This document shows positions 20,076 to 30,090 of a DNA stretch of 64,000 nucleotides, in pieces. Every line of letters starts with the position of its first letter. Position 1 is the first letter of the stretch. The DNA comes from an uncultured Chloroflexia bacterium. GTDB taxonomy: Bacteria > Chloroflexota > Limnocylindria > Limnocylindrales > CSP1-4. The notes beneath the pieces were generated by a model. That model was not told the DNA's origin and ran no database searches. It worked only from the letters and a program-made list of their open reading frames with translations. Location of the stretch: the NCBI GenBank assembly GCA_963712745.1, contig CAVQJC010000017.1, forward strand, positions 128,001 to 192,000. The letters are read 5' to 3'. The translations under genes and the position numbers were made by a program.

Positions 20076-21128
20076 CTAGCGCTCCGTCTGCGCGCTGCCG
20101 CGTGAGATCCCGCGCAGCAGCCGCCCGAGGATGTCCGCCCCTGTGACGATGCGGCGCTGGGGGCCCCACAGGAGCACGACATCATCATCGATGACGTCAT
20201 CCTCGCTGCGCACGCCACCCGCCTGCAGCCGACCGATGATGCGGCCCAGTGGCATGGCCGGGTCGAGGACGATGACCGGTCGGTGGCAGTGCGGTGCCAC
20301 GACCGCCCCGTCGCCGTGGGTCAGCACGTCTCGCAGGAAGCCGTCGGCGTCGAGCGCCATGCGCGGTTCGCCTGCCGGGTCGGTCAGGATCACCCACTTG
20401 TGTCCGGACTCGTTCACCCGGCGCACGAAGGGATCGTCGCGCCCTCCGTGGATCTGGGGCAGCTGCAGCGTCGAGCCACCGTCGTCGCGCAGCGGCAGGG
20501 CCAATACGCTGCCGGCATCGAGCTCCTCTCCTTCGTCCTGCACCTGGACATCGTCGAGGGCCAGGAAGTTCAGTGCACCCATGGCTTCGACACGGTCGAC
20601 CTCGTGCGCGTCCGGGGCATCCATATGCGCGCGGATGAGCTCGCGCAGCTCATGCTCGCGAAAGTAGACGGTGCGCTCGCGGCCAAGCAGCGCGTCGAGC
20701 ATCCGCGCGGAAGGCAGTGCCACCGGCGCCAGCAGGAACTGCCACACGCGCAGCAGCGGCGCCAGCAGCGAGGCCGTCTTGAGCGCATTGCGCGAGAAGT
20801 AGGCTTGCGGCAGGATCTCGCCGCCGAAGGTGATGATGACCGTGCTGAAGACGAAGGCCAGCAGGCCCACGAGGACCGATCCCACGAGCAGCGTGAGTGT
20901 CACGTTGATGGCCACGTTGCCCCATAGGATGGTCGTCAGCAGCCAGCTGGAGTCCTCGCGCATGGCCAGCACACGCTCGGCCCGGTGATCGCCTGAATCG
21001 AGGGCTACCTTCAGCTCCAGGCGGCTGAGGCTGAAGAAGGCCAGGTTCAGGCCGGAGAACATGGCCGACTGGCTGACGCAGAACAGCACACCGATCCACA
21101 CGAGCGCGTTGGCCAGCGTGTCGTCCAC
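20076..21128 (-). CDS. DUF21/CNNM-domain membrane protein
   Basis: SAMFSGLNLAFFSL, LLTTILWGNV, GEILPQA. Confidence 0.88.
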   Translation of the reverse strand: MDDTLANALVWIGVLFCVSQSAMFSGLNLAFFSLSRLELKVALDSGDHRAERVLAMREDSSWLLTTILWGNVAINVTLTLLVGSVLVGLLAFVFSTVIITFGGEILPQAYFSRNALKTASLLAPLLRVWQFLLAPVALPSARMLDALLGRERTVYFREHELRELIRAHMDAPDAHEVDRVEAMGALNFLALDDVQVQDEGEELDAGSVLALPLRDDGGSTLQLPQIHGGRDDPFVRRVNESGHKWVILTDPAGEPRMALDADGFLRDVLTHGDGAVVAPHCHRPVIVLDPAMPLGRIIGRLQAGGVRSEDDVIDDDVVLLWGPQRRIVTGADILGRLLRGISRGSAQTER

Positions 21129-21204
21129 TTCTTCCCGGTGCCTCCCTGACTGCGGGGTTCGCGGTGCTGCCGGAGGGCCCGCCGGCCGCGATGCTATCGT
21201 CGCC

Positions 21205-21699
21205 ATGATGAGCGACAGTGAGAGCGAACGCATCCGCCGCGTGTCGGGTGAGCTCGATGCCCTGCCCGTCGAGACCCGCCGGTTCGTGTCCGTCTACGCC
21301 TATGTCCTGGCCCGGGTGGTGCGCACCGATCCGGGCTTCAGCGATGCGGAGCGCTTGGCCGTGGAGGGCGCCGTCATCGAGGCAGCCGGGCTCTCGGAGG
21401 GCCAGGCTGCGCTGATCGTCCAGACGGCGCACAGCATGGGTTCGCTGTACGGCGCGACGGAGGACTACGTCCTCACTCGTGAGTTCGCGCGCGTGGCGAC
21501 GCGCGCGCAGTGCGAGGCCTTGCTGCGAACGGGATTCGCGGTCAGCGCAGCCGACGATTACGTCAGCCAATCCGAGTTGTCGGAGATCCGCGAGATCGGC
21601 GCCGAGCTCGGTTTCGGCGCGGAGGAGGTCGAGGCCATCCGGCGCGAGGCGCTGGCCCAGCTGGGCCTCACGAGCGAGGGCCCGGGCGAGGGCGACTGA
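21205..21699 (+). CDS. TerB-family protein
   Basis: AYVLARVVRTD..FSDAE..GATEDYVLTREF..FAVSAAD..E..EIREIGAELG. Confidence 0.75.
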   Translation: MMSDSESERIRRVSGELDALPVETRRFVSVYAYVLARVVRTDPGFSDAERLAVEGAVIEAAGLSEGQAALIVQTAHSMGSLYGATEDYVLTREFARVATRAQCEALLRTGFAVSAADDYVSQSELSEIREIGAELGFGAEEVEAIRREALAQLGLTSEGPGEGD

Positions 21700-21710
21700 C
21701 CGCCGCCGGT

Positions 21711-22757
21711 TCAGGCGGGCGGCACGTCCGCGGGCGCGTGATCTCGCGCGTAGTCCACCAGCGCCCGCAGGTTCTGTGGTGGCGTCTCCGGCGCGACCTC
21801 GCAGCCGGTGCCCACGACGTGGTTGGGACCGGCGATGCGATGGCACCGCGCAGCCGCCGCATACACGTCCTCGGGCGTGCCCCTGAGCATCTCCTCGACC
21901 GTGTTGACGTTGCCCAGGATGACCTTATCCGGGCCCAGTACCTCGCGGGCGTGGACCAGGTCCACGGGGAAGTCGAGCTCGAAGATATCCACCGGCAGCT
22001 CGCGCATGGTGGGCAGCAGGTCGTCGGTGCGGCCGCACATGTGCAGGCGCACGATGACATCCGGGCGGATCGCCTTGATGTCCTCCACCACGCGTCGCTG
22101 GGCGGGGTAGATGAAGCGCTGGTAGTGGGCTGGGCTCATCATCGAAGCTGCCGCGTCGCTCATGCCGATGGTGTCCGCGCCGGCCTCGACTTGCGGTTTC
22201 CAGTAGGCCCGGCCGACCTGTGAGGTGAAGTCCAGCAGCTCGTCGACGAAGGCCTCGTCCTCGTAGATATCCATCATCAGGGCCGACAGGCCGCGCATCT
22301 CGGCGCCCAGGGCCAGTGGTCCCTCGACCCAGCCGACGATCGACACGCCGGGCCCGGCCGTCTCGCGCATCAGGCCGATCGACTCGACACGGTCGCGCAT
22401 GCGGCCGGGAGCCAGGGGATCGGGCACACGCAGTCCCGCCAGCCTGCCCTTGTCACGCACCAGTGCCCTGGACTCGACGATGGCCGGACCACTGTCGGCC
22501 CATTCCACGCTGCTGTCGTCCCCGCCGGCGATATCGATGAGCTCGCGCGCCGGGTCGGAGCACTGCATCAGGCAGTCGATGCCGTAGTCCTCGGCCATCG
22601 ACATCTGGGCCTCGGCCAGGCGCCGGCCGTCGGTGACGTAGTCGTTGTAGTGGATACCCACGTGCCGCGCGGCGAACTGCATGATCAGCGGCTGGACGGG
22701 CAAGTGGTCGACGCGTTCGCCTGCGATGATCCCGCGGATGCGCTGGAGGCTGTCCAT
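21711..22757 (-). CDS. uroporphyrinogen decarboxylase-fold protein (MtaA/CmuA methyltransferase-like)
   Basis: GWVEGP, GADTIGMSDAAAS, LHMCG, LGNV, GTGCEV. Confidence 0.85.
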   Translation of the reverse strand: MDSLQRIRGIIAGERVDHLPVQPLIMQFAARHVGIHYNDYVTDGRRLAEAQMSMAEDYGIDCLMQCSDPARELIDIAGGDDSSVEWADSGPAIVESRALVRDKGRLAGLRVPDPLAPGRMRDRVESIGLMRETAGPGVSIVGWVEGPLALGAEMRGLSALMMDIYEDEAFVDELLDFTSQVGRAYWKPQVEAGADTIGMSDAAASMMSPAHYQRFIYPAQRRVVEDIKAIRPDVIVRLHMCGRTDDLLPTMRELPVDIFELDFPVDLVHAREVLGPDKVILGNVNTVEEMLRGTPEDVYAAAARCHRIAGPNHVVGTGCEVAPETPPQNLRALVDYARDHAPADVPPA

Positions 22758-22826
22758 GACCCTACTGTGGTCTGGCCCGACGCCGGGGTGCAGGGCGGTT
22801 CGGACCGCTTCGGGCCTGCCGGACGG

Positions 22827-23624
22827 TCAACGGATGCGCAATCCGCCCCGCAGCTCGACGCCTCTGAGCACGAATTGGTCGACCGATGCATCCACGGTCA
22901 GGGCCACGCCGCGCCGGGGTGCGCTGATAGATGGCCGCGGCTTGTCGGTCGCGACACGTACTCCGTAGATGCCCAGATCGTCGTGGACGTGTGAGGCACG
23001 GCGGCACCGCCCGAGCAGCATCAGGCGGTCGCCGGCAGACGCTTCGCGGACGGCCGGCGGAAGCGCGCCATAGCTCTGGATGGTCCCGACGTTCATGACC
23101 CGGCAGGAGCTGCGGCGAAGCGGCGGGACGGAGCCGGAAGGTGCTGCCCACCAGGCCGGTGCCCATGCGCCTGCATCTCCCACCACGAGCCCCGGGCGGA
23201 CCACGACCCGCTTGGCGATGCGCAGGCCATCGACGCGTGGTTCGATGATCAGGGCCGGCCGCCGGCTGCCGCTCTTGAGGGTCGGCGGACCGGAGTCGCG
23301 GACGCCCGTGCGCCGGCAGCCGTTCTGGTCGCAGACCATGCTCGAGCTGGCGATACGCCGGCCGCCGATGGTGACGTCCCTGTCGATGATGGTCGTGCCG
23401 GTGCAGGTTCCCTGCACCACCAGGCGGTCACCAGGGGAGGCGGCGCGGATGGCTCGTTGCAGGTTGCCGCGGACCGCCCCGGTCGCCGTGTTGGTGACCT
23501 TGCAGGCGGCGGCTGAGGTGGCACTGGAGGCAGCGGGTACGCCCGACACCAGCATCGCCGCCGCCGCGGCGATGGCGAACACTCGGCCCAGGTGGCGGAT
23601 GGGATGCGTCCTGGTCATGCCCAC
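22827..23624 (-). CDS. secreted hypothetical protein with internal repeat
   Basis: Signal peptide; C.V.N....LQRAIRAASPGDRLVVQGTC repeated as C.V.N...AVREASAGDRLMLLGRC. Confidence 0.6.
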   Translation of the reverse strand: MGMTRTHPIRHLGRVFAIAAAAAMLVSGVPAASSATSAAACKVTNTATGAVRGNLQRAIRAASPGDRLVVQGTCTGTTIIDRDVTIGGRRIASSSMVCDQNGCRRTGVRDSGPPTLKSGSRRPALIIEPRVDGLRIAKRVVVRPGLVVGDAGAWAPAWWAAPSGSVPPLRRSSCRVMNVGTIQSYGALPPAVREASAGDRLMLLGRCRRASHVHDDLGIYGVRVATDKPRPSISAPRRGVALTVDASVDQFVLRGVELRGGLRIR

Positions 23625-23804
23625 ATCCTGTCCTATCAGAAGTACCAGTCGGTCACTGGTACCTGAATCCTGGTGTCGTCGGACACCACGTCGTCGGCCG
23701 CGTCGCTCAGGAGAACCAGAAGCCCGCGTCGATCCATCAGCGCACGCTGGTGACCATCGGCACGACCGTGGCTGTCGGCTTGTCCGCGCGGATAGGATTG
23801 GAGC

Positions 23805-24161
23805 ATGGGCACGTCCCGAGCGGCGCCGGGGGGCCGGATCGCCCCGGTGCTCGAAACGATCCTGCCGCTCTTCGCGGCCGCCGTCTTCGTCATCGTCTGG
23901 GCCTACGTCGCAGTCACCGCCTTGACCGAAAGCTCGCTCGCGGCAGACACCTGGGCCTGGCTGAGCGGCCTCGACACGATCCCGGCCGTCATCGCCTGGC
24001 TGGCCATGCTGCCTCTGGGCTTCTTCCTGTGGGCCTGGCAGGCGGACCTCGAGCCACTCCTCATGGGCGTGGTCATGCTCGGCCTCCTGGCCTGGACCTG
24101 GGTTGCCTGGGCGGGGCTCGTCCGTGCCACGCGGCGCCGCCGCGGGGCCGCTAGCCGGTAG
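23805..24161 (+). CDS. small membrane protein
   Basis: Three Trp-rich hydrophobic segments; start uncertain. Confidence 0.6.
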   Translation: MGTSRAAPGGRIAPVLETILPLFAAAVFVIVWAYVAVTALTESSLAADTWAWLSGLDTIPAVIAWLAMLPLGFFLWAWQADLEPLLMGVVMLGLLAWTWVAWAGLVRATRRRRGAASR

Positions 24162-25008
24162 GCGCTCGAACCGCCACCGCGAACTCGGGCAGCGATGGAT
24201 CGAAGGGTTCGCCCGCGACGTCGCCGTAGACCTCGTCCACGACCAGGCCGGCTGCCTCGACCTCCGCCGTCAGCGATTCCAGCGAGTAGTGCTGGAACCA
24301 GTTGAAGTACTCGGTCTCGCGGTCGCGTTCGACGATGAGGTACCTCTCCAGCACGACCTTGTCATCGTCGTATCTGAACGTGTTCTGGAAGCCGAAGTAC
24401 GGCTGTGACGACCAGAAGCCGTCCATCATGCCCTCGCCATAGGCGGCCATCTCCTCCCAGGTCTCGTAGTAGGCCAGCGAGTAGACGTCGAACAGGAACG
24501 CGCCCCCGGGTGCGAGCAGGTCGCCCACGCGGCGCAGGAGCCGGCCACGCTGTTCGGGGGAGAGGGCGCAGTAGTCGCACATGATCATCGTGGCCAGGTC
24601 GTAGCCCGGCTCGATGTCGAGCGTGAGGTAGTCGCCCAGCCGGTAGTCGATCCCCAGTCCATCCTGCGCTGCCTGCTGGCGGGCGTACTCGATCGACCGC
24701 GGCGAGATGTCCACCCCGGTCACGGCCGCGCCGCGACGGGCGAGACGGTTGGCGTAGAGGCCCGGCCCGCAGCCCAGGTCGATCAGCCGTGAGCCCTCAC
24801 CCAGCCCGAAGGTCGCGCTGATCCAGTCGACCGAGGCTTCGATGAACTCCGTGCGCCGCGAGGCCAGGTCGACGTCGCCGTCGAGGTGGTAGCGCAGCAT
24901 CATCTCGGAGATGTCCGGTGACGACCACAGTGCGTCGGTGGTGTAGCGCGAGTAGACGTCGGGGCGCCGGCCGATGCGCTCGAGGGTCTCGAAGAGGGTC
25001 TCGCTCAT
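24151..25008 (-). CDS. class I SAM-dependent methyltransferase
   Basis: LIDLGCGPGLY..VTGVDISPRSI..GGAFLFDV. Confidence 0.9.
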   Translation of the reverse strand: MSETLFETLERIGRRPDVYSRYTTDALWSSPDISEMMLRYHLDGDVDLASRRTEFIEASVDWISATFGLGEGSRLIDLGCGPGLYANRLARRGAAVTGVDISPRSIEYARQQAAQDGLGIDYRLGDYLTLDIEPGYDLATMIMCDYCALSPEQRGRLLRRVGDLLAPGGAFLFDVYSLAYYETWEEMAAYGEGMMDGFWSSQPYFGFQNTFRYDDDKVVLERYLIVERDRETEYFNWFQHYSLESLTAEVEAAGLVVDEVYGDVAGEPFDPSLPEFAVAVRAPTG

Positions 25009-25928
25009 GTCGTCTCCAGAGTCTCGAACGGTCGTTTCTGCTTGAAGCGGTGCTCGGGGATGGGGGCACCGGTCCGCTCGAGGGCGATGCGCCAACGCGG
25101 TGACGCACCCAGTGCCCAGCGCATGGCCAGCATGGAGCCTCGGCCGACCGCGTGCGCGCCGGGGCGGGGCTTGAGCCCGAGAGCACGTCGGATGCGCCGC
25201 GGGATGGTGGTCACAGCAGCGCTCGCCAGCAGTTGGTAGGCGAAGGTCACGAACGGGTCGAGTGGTGGCTCACGCAGGAAGTCGACCGCGTCACGCATGC
25301 CCGGTGACGGCGCCACGGCGGGGTGCTGGGCCACCCAGCGTGAGAGCTGCTCGGCGGTCTCAGGGATGGGGTCGGCATCGAGCAGGCGCCCGATGCGAGC
25401 CTGCTCGGCCACGAAGCGATCGGCCTCATCGTCGTCGAGGTGACGAGCGCCGAACTCCTGGAACGCGCTCAGGAAGGAGTCGGTCAGGGAGTTGTGGACC
25501 CAGGCGGCGAGCGCCGGGGCATCGGCCGAATAGGGCAGCCCCCGGTGCGACGTGCCCTGCACCGGCCGGTGCGCGCGACGGACGATGGCCACGGCGGCCT
25601 CGACCTCAGGCATGGCGCCGAACGACGTGGCGGTGACGTAGGCCGATGTCCGTGACAGTCGACCCAGCGGATCCTCGCGATAGCGGGAGTGGTCCGCGAC
25701 CCCGGCGACCACCTCGGGGTGCGCCGCCTGGATGAGCAGGGCACGGATACCGGCGATGAAGCCCGAGACGTCGCCCATGACCTCCCAGCTGACCGAGTCC
25801 GGCCCGAAGAGGCCCGGGTCGCCGGCGTAGTCGAGCGTGTGCTCCATGGGGTCCCCCGCATGCGCGAAGAGGCTCACGGTGCGGCTGACGACGGTGATGC
25901 GCAGACGTTCGATCGGTGAGGTGGTCAT
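25005..25928 (-). CDS. oxygenase MpaB/DUF2236 family protein
   Basis: GLFGPDSVSWEV, LLIQAAHP, DPLGRL, YSADAP..WVH. Confidence 0.88.
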   Translation of the reverse strand: MTTSPIERLRITVVSRTVSLFAHAGDPMEHTLDYAGDPGLFGPDSVSWEVMGDVSGFIAGIRALLIQAAHPEVVAGVADHSRYREDPLGRLSRTSAYVTATSFGAMPEVEAAVAIVRRAHRPVQGTSHRGLPYSADAPALAAWVHNSLTDSFLSAFQEFGARHLDDDEADRFVAEQARIGRLLDADPIPETAEQLSRWVAQHPAVAPSPGMRDAVDFLREPPLDPFVTFAYQLLASAAVTTIPRRIRRALGLKPRPGAHAVGRGSMLAMRWALGASPRWRIALERTGAPIPEHRFKQKRPFETLETT

Positions 25929-25970
25929 CTCGCTGCCCACTGTAGACCGCATGCCCGGCATACTCGACCC

Positions 25971-26173
25971 ATGCTGGCAGGAGTGGATTGGGGCGGAACG
26001 AAGATGGAAGTCGTGGCCATGTCCCCCGATGGTGTCGAGCACTTCCGCGAGCGCGAGGATACGCCGCGAGGGGACTACGACGCCTGCCTGGCCGTCATCG
26101 CTTCGCTGGTCGAGCGCGCACAGGCAAGGGTCGGTCGCTGCGAGGCGCGGCCTGGCCGTGGGCGGAGGCATGA
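25971..26173 (+). pseudogene. ROK-family (fructokinase Mak-like) remnant with internal deletion
   Basis: GVDWGGTKMEV..R..TPRGDY N-terminus is joined to RGAAWPW-stop, a Mak-like C-terminus, overlapping the next ATG. Confidence 0.7.
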
Positions 26174-26970
26174 CCGTGGCTGACCTGCTGGCCGAGCGCT
26201 ACGACTTCGGAGCGAGCTTGATCGTCGAGGCGGCTACCCTGGCGCAGCGCTACTACGAGTCCCAGGACTCGCTCACCGTGCGCTCCAAGGGCACCCAGGA
26301 CGTGGTCAGCGAGGCTGACGTCGAGGTCGAGAAGCTCATCCGCGGGGCCATCGAGGCGCGCTACCCCCGAGACGCGTTCTTCGGCGAGGAGTTCGGCCAC
26401 AACGATGTCGAGGGTGCTGAATCGATTTGGATCGTCGACCCCATCGATGGCACGCAGCCCTTCCTGAGCGAGCTTTCCTCGTGGTGCGTCTCCATCGGCT
26501 TCGCCCATCAGGGCCGGCTGGAGATGGGCTTCCTGGCGGCCCCCGCGCGCGACGAGATCTTCATCGGCCGGGTCGGCCACGGTGCCACGCTCAACGGACG
26601 ACCCATCCATGTGTCCGACTCGACCAGCCTCGACGACGGGCTGCTTTCGATCGGCATGTCGCCCAGGATCGGGCCCGAGGAGATCCTGCCCATGTTCGAT
26701 CGATTGCTGCGGCAGGGCGTCGTCTACTACCGCGAGGGCTCGGGCGCGTTGTCGCTGGCGTACGTGGCTGCCGGGCGATTGATCGGCTACATCGAGTCGC
26801 ATCTCAACTCGTGGGACGGCGCCGCCGGCGTGGCCATCGTCCAGGCTGCCGGCGGCCGCGTGAACGACTTCCTGACCCCCGAGTCGCTCTTCCACGGCGC
26901 GCCCATCATCGCCACCAACGAGGCGCTCTACCCCGCCCTCGAGGCGGTCCTGCCCGACCACCTGCGCTAG
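26170..26970 (+). CDS. inositol monophosphatase family protein
   Basis: DVVSEAD, GEE, WIVDPIDGT, WDGAAG. Confidence 0.93.
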   Translation: MTVADLLAERYDFGASLIVEAATLAQRYYESQDSLTVRSKGTQDVVSEADVEVEKLIRGAIEARYPRDAFFGEEFGHNDVEGAESIWIVDPIDGTQPFLSELSSWCVSIGFAHQGRLEMGFLAAPARDEIFIGRVGHGATLNGRPIHVSDSTSLDDGLLSIGMSPRIGPEEILPMFDRLLRQGVVYYREGSGALSLAYVAAGRLIGYIESHLNSWDGAAGVAIVQAAGGRVNDFLTPESLFHGAPIIATNEALYPALEAVLPDHLR

Positions 26971-26978
26971 GCGGCTCG

Positions 26979-27323
26979 TCAGCCGAAGAAGGCGACCAGG
27001 GCGCCCCGGCCGCCGCGTGCACGAAGTCGGAGCTCCGAACCAAGCCCCAGGAGGGCAAGCACCACGGCCATCGGCATGAGGAGCAGGCCGCTGCCATCCC
27101 CGGTGATGACGACGCTCGCGACGGCGCCGAGACCGATCAGCCAGGCCTCGTTCACGCAGGCCTGGTCGTGGCACGGGAAGAAGCCACCCTGGCTGATGCC
27201 GTTGCTGGCCATGGCCAGCCACAGCAAGGCCACGGCCGGAGCCCCGAGTGCCACGACTGTTCCTGCCAGACCCGCCAGCCAGGTGACCCACAGGCCCGGC
27301 CAACTCCGCCCATCGTTCGTCAT
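26979..27323 (-). CDS. small membrane protein (CHDQACV motif)
   Basis: GGGAGG RBS; hydrophobic; shares CHDQACV with the upstream gene. Confidence 0.6.
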   Translation of the reverse strand: MTNDGRSWPGLWVTWLAGLAGTVVALGAPAVALLWLAMASNGISQGGFFPCHDQACVNEAWLIGLGAVASVVITGDGSGLLLMPMAVVLALLGLGSELRLRARGGRGALVAFFG

Positions 27324-27802
27324 GTCTCCACCTCCCTGTTCGGCCCGAACCTGGCCCAGAGCCGCAGCGTCGTGCCGAGCGCCAGGGCCGCGGCGATGCC
27401 TGCGACCAGCAACAACAACTCCCGCGGCTCCCAGCTCAGTCGGCCGGTCGCGTCCAGGATGGCCAGGCAGCTGAACCACGCGGCCGTGACCAGGCTCGCG
27501 CCCAGTGCCACCAGGAGCGCCCTGGTCGTCGACCACGTCGCCAGCACGATGAGCACCATGGTGGTGGCGACGAACACCAGGGTCATGAGGCCGATGCTCC
27601 GGTACTGATCGACGCACGCCTGGTCGTGGCAGGCCAGCCCTGCTCCCTGCTGGACGCTCGCTTCGGCGAAGCCCCACGCCAGGCAGCCCCCGAGCATCAC
27701 CGGCACCGCGATGAGCACACCGGCGATTCCCGCGATCCAGGTCAGGACCAGGCCGGCCCAGTTCAGGATCTGCCAACGCCGTGGCTTCTCGGTCTCGGTC
27801 AT
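27320..27802 (-). CDS. membrane protein (CHDQACV motif)
   Basis: 4 TM segments; ATGA-coupled to the downstream paralog. Confidence 0.65.
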   Translation of the reverse strand: MTETEKPRRWQILNWAGLVLTWIAGIAGVLIAVPVMLGGCLAWGFAEASVQQGAGLACHDQACVDQYRSIGLMTLVFVATTMVLIVLATWSTTRALLVALGASLVTAAWFSCLAILDATGRLSWEPRELLLLVAGIAAALALGTTLRLWARFGPNREVET

Positions 27803-27886
27803 GCCCTGACCATCAGCCTGAGGACTCCCCCGCGCATCAGGTCCCGCCTCAGTCCGGCCCTCATTCCCCCGTGATCGCCCCTGACG

Positions 27887-27917
27887 GCCGTTATCCTACC
27901 AATGGTAGGATAACGGC
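27887..27917. promoter_or_regulatory. perfect palindromic TA operator containing -10 TAGGAT
   Basis: GCCGTTATCCTACC-AAT-GGTAGGATAACGGC abuts the antitoxin ATG (leaderless-like). Confidence 0.75.
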
Positions 27918-28151
27918 ATGGCCATGAAGAAGGTCTCGGTCACGCTCGACGCAGACCTGGTAGCAGAGATCAAGGCCGAGGTCGGGGAGCGCGGCTTCTC
28001 GCGCTACCTCAACGAGGCGCTGGCGCGGCGGCGTCAACGTGAGCGGCTCGAGCAGCTCGAGCGTGAGCTGGCCGACGAGTTTGGGCCGATTCCTGATGAG
28101 GCCAGACGGTGGGCCGAGTCCCTCGATTGGCCGGAGGAGCGGGACGCTTGA
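27918..28151 (+). CDS. ribbon-helix-helix antitoxin
   Basis: KKVSVTLDADLV..FSRYLNEAL..EFGPI. Confidence 0.85.
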   Translation: MAMKKVSVTLDADLVAEIKAEVGERGFSRYLNEALARRRQRERLEQLERELADEFGPIPDEARRWAESLDWPEERDA

Positions 28152-28543
28152 GGCGGAGACTCGTTCTGGACGCGGGGGCGCTGATCGCCCTGTCTCGCGG
28201 CGACATCAAGGTGCGGGCCGCGCTGGCCTCGGCGCTCGTTCGTGGATACGAAGTCATCGTGCCCACGCCTGTCGTGGCCCAGGTCCACCGAGGAGGGCCC
28301 GACCGCGCGCGTACTGATCGTGTGCTCGGCGAGGTCAATTCATTCTTGCCCACCAGCCTTGAGTCGGCACTGCATGCCGGGGAGCTGTTGGCCCGGGCCA
28401 GGATGTCGGACGCAGTCGATGCCATCGTCGCTGCGGAGGCGCTAGCCGATGAGCCATCGATGGTCCTCACGAGTGACTTCCACGACCTGGCCCGCCTCGT
28501 GGAGGCGGGCCATCGATCGCGAGTTGAGGTCGTCGGTATCTAG
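28148..28543 (+). CDS. PIN-domain toxin
   Basis: LVLDAGALIAL..VPTPVVAQV..DAVDAIV..VLTSD; TTG start overlaps the antitoxin stop. Confidence 0.85.
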   Translation: MRRRLVLDAGALIALSRGDIKVRAALASALVRGYEVIVPTPVVAQVHRGGPDRARTDRVLGEVNSFLPTSLESALHAGELLARARMSDAVDAIVAAEALADEPSMVLTSDFHDLARLVEAGHRSRVEVVGI

Positions 28544-28547
28544 CGCG

Positions 28548-29711
28548 TCAGTCGACGAGATACTCGTAAGTGATGATCATCTCGTCGCCGGGCTCGACCG
28601 AGATCGGCCAGCGCATGATGTTGCCGGCCTCGAGCTGCGGCTGGATGGAGGCCTGCAGCTCCTCTGCCTGCGGCGGCAGGAAGTCGACGACGTCCATGTG
28701 CACCGTGGTCGGGGTGAAGTTCTCGATGGTCAGCGTGACCTCGTACTGGTAGTCGAAGCGGCCCATGTCGACCGCCTGCTGGGTCTGCTCACGCTTGACG
28801 CGCACGTCCTGCAGGTGGCCGATGGTCACGCTGCCCTCGCCGCCGACCGGCGTGAGTTCGATGAAGTCACTGCCGATGAAGAGGCCGTCCTGGTAGTTGC
28901 GCACGACGCCCTCGCTGAAGGGCTGGTCGCTCTCGTTCTTGACCTTGTAGATGACGGTGACCTGCTCGTCGGTAGGGGCGTTCCAGATGTGCAGCCGACG
29001 CGCCGGCAGCTCCTGTCCCACCAGCTGGGCGTAGATGGTGTCGCCGGGCTCCGCGGTCAACTGCCCGATGTCATAGGTGTGCTGGATGTCGACCTGCCCC
29101 ACGGGTGCGGAGACGGACAGTGTGTCCGCCATCTCGAAGCCGGCCAGCTTCTGGTTCAGCGACAGCTCAGCGGCAGGGGCGATGGGGCTGCTCAGATCGA
29201 CCATGCCGGCGACCAGCTGGGTCTCGACGTCGTCGAGCTCCAGAGCGTTGTCGCTGATCTCTGCGAAGTAGTCGAGCTCGACCGTCTCGTCGGTGTCGGC
29301 CCCGACCCACATGTCGTAGGTGGGCCGCCAGCTCACGCCACCAAGGAGGTACTCCATGGAGATGTCGCGCAGCTCGGAGTCGGTGGCGGACTGCCACTTT
29401 ATCGTGGGCTGTCCGGTGCGGTGGTCGAGACGGTAGTTGGCCACCCGCTGGCCGTTCTCGCGCAGCACGAGCGTGTCCGCGTAGACCGTCGGCGGCAGCA
29501 CGATGCGCACGTCGACGCCGCCGGGGAGTGCTACCTCGTCGCGGGCGTAGGCCACGTTGTTGAGGAACACCGCGACCCGGTCGGGGGCGCTGGTGTAGCT
29601 GATCTGGTCGTCGACCTTGGCGGCCGCAGCGCCGGCCGTGGCGCCCACGAGGACGCTGGCGGTGATGGCGACGGTGACCGGGGTGCGGAGTGGTGCTGAT
29701 AGCGCACGCAT
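28548..29711 (-). CDS. DUF4139-like secreted protein
   Basis: Signal peptide; VAVFLNNVAYARD, YLLGGVSWRPTY, LVAG, C-terminal W.I.V.PG....ITYEY. Confidence 0.7.
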   Translation of the reverse strand: MRALSAPLRTPVTVAITASVLVGATAGAAAAKVDDQISYTSAPDRVAVFLNNVAYARDEVALPGGVDVRIVLPPTVYADTLVLRENGQRVANYRLDHRTGQPTIKWQSATDSELRDISMEYLLGGVSWRPTYDMWVGADTDETVELDYFAEISDNALELDDVETQLVAGMVDLSSPIAPAAELSLNQKLAGFEMADTLSVSAPVGQVDIQHTYDIGQLTAEPGDTIYAQLVGQELPARRLHIWNAPTDEQVTVIYKVKNESDQPFSEGVVRNYQDGLFIGSDFIELTPVGGEGSVTIGHLQDVRVKREQTQQAVDMGRFDYQYEVTLTIENFTPTTVHMDVVDFLPPQAEELQASIQPQLEAGNIMRWPISVEPGDEMIITYEYLVD

Positions 29712-29764
29712 GGTGGGCTCCCTTCGTTGGGCGCGCCGGTCCAGCGTGGCGCGCGCTCAGACCA

Positions 29765-29792
29765 AAGACGACGGCGCAGGCAGACGAGTTCC
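29765..29792 (-). promoter_or_regulatory. putative ECF promoter for the DUF4139-like gene
   Basis: Minus strand GGAAC-N17-CGTCTT. Confidence 0.4.
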
Positions 29793-29967
29793 GTCGCGTG
29801 GTGGCGCAACGCACCGCACCCCCTCTGAGGAGAGCCGGGGGATCGGCCACGACGTTGGACGCAGTACCGCATCTCGCTCGAGACGCCCGAGTAGCCCCCG
29901 CCGACTCGGCCGCCTGCGGCGCTTGCTGATCAACGGGGTGAGGGCCCGATAGCCCGGCTTGCGCGCA

Positions 29968-30010
29968 GCCATGGCGGCGACGACCGGACATCAGCCGTTC
30001 ATGGCGGTTC
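29968..30010 (+). repeat. array core element copy 1 (degenerate)
   Basis: GCCATGGCGGCGACGACCGGACATCAGCCGTTCATGGCGGTTC. Confidence 0.75.
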
Positions 30011-30090
30011 GGGTCGTCCTGGGCTAGTCCGGCCAGCCCACGTTCGAGCCACGCGGCTGGGCATACGTCGGACCGGCCGGGCCCTCTACG

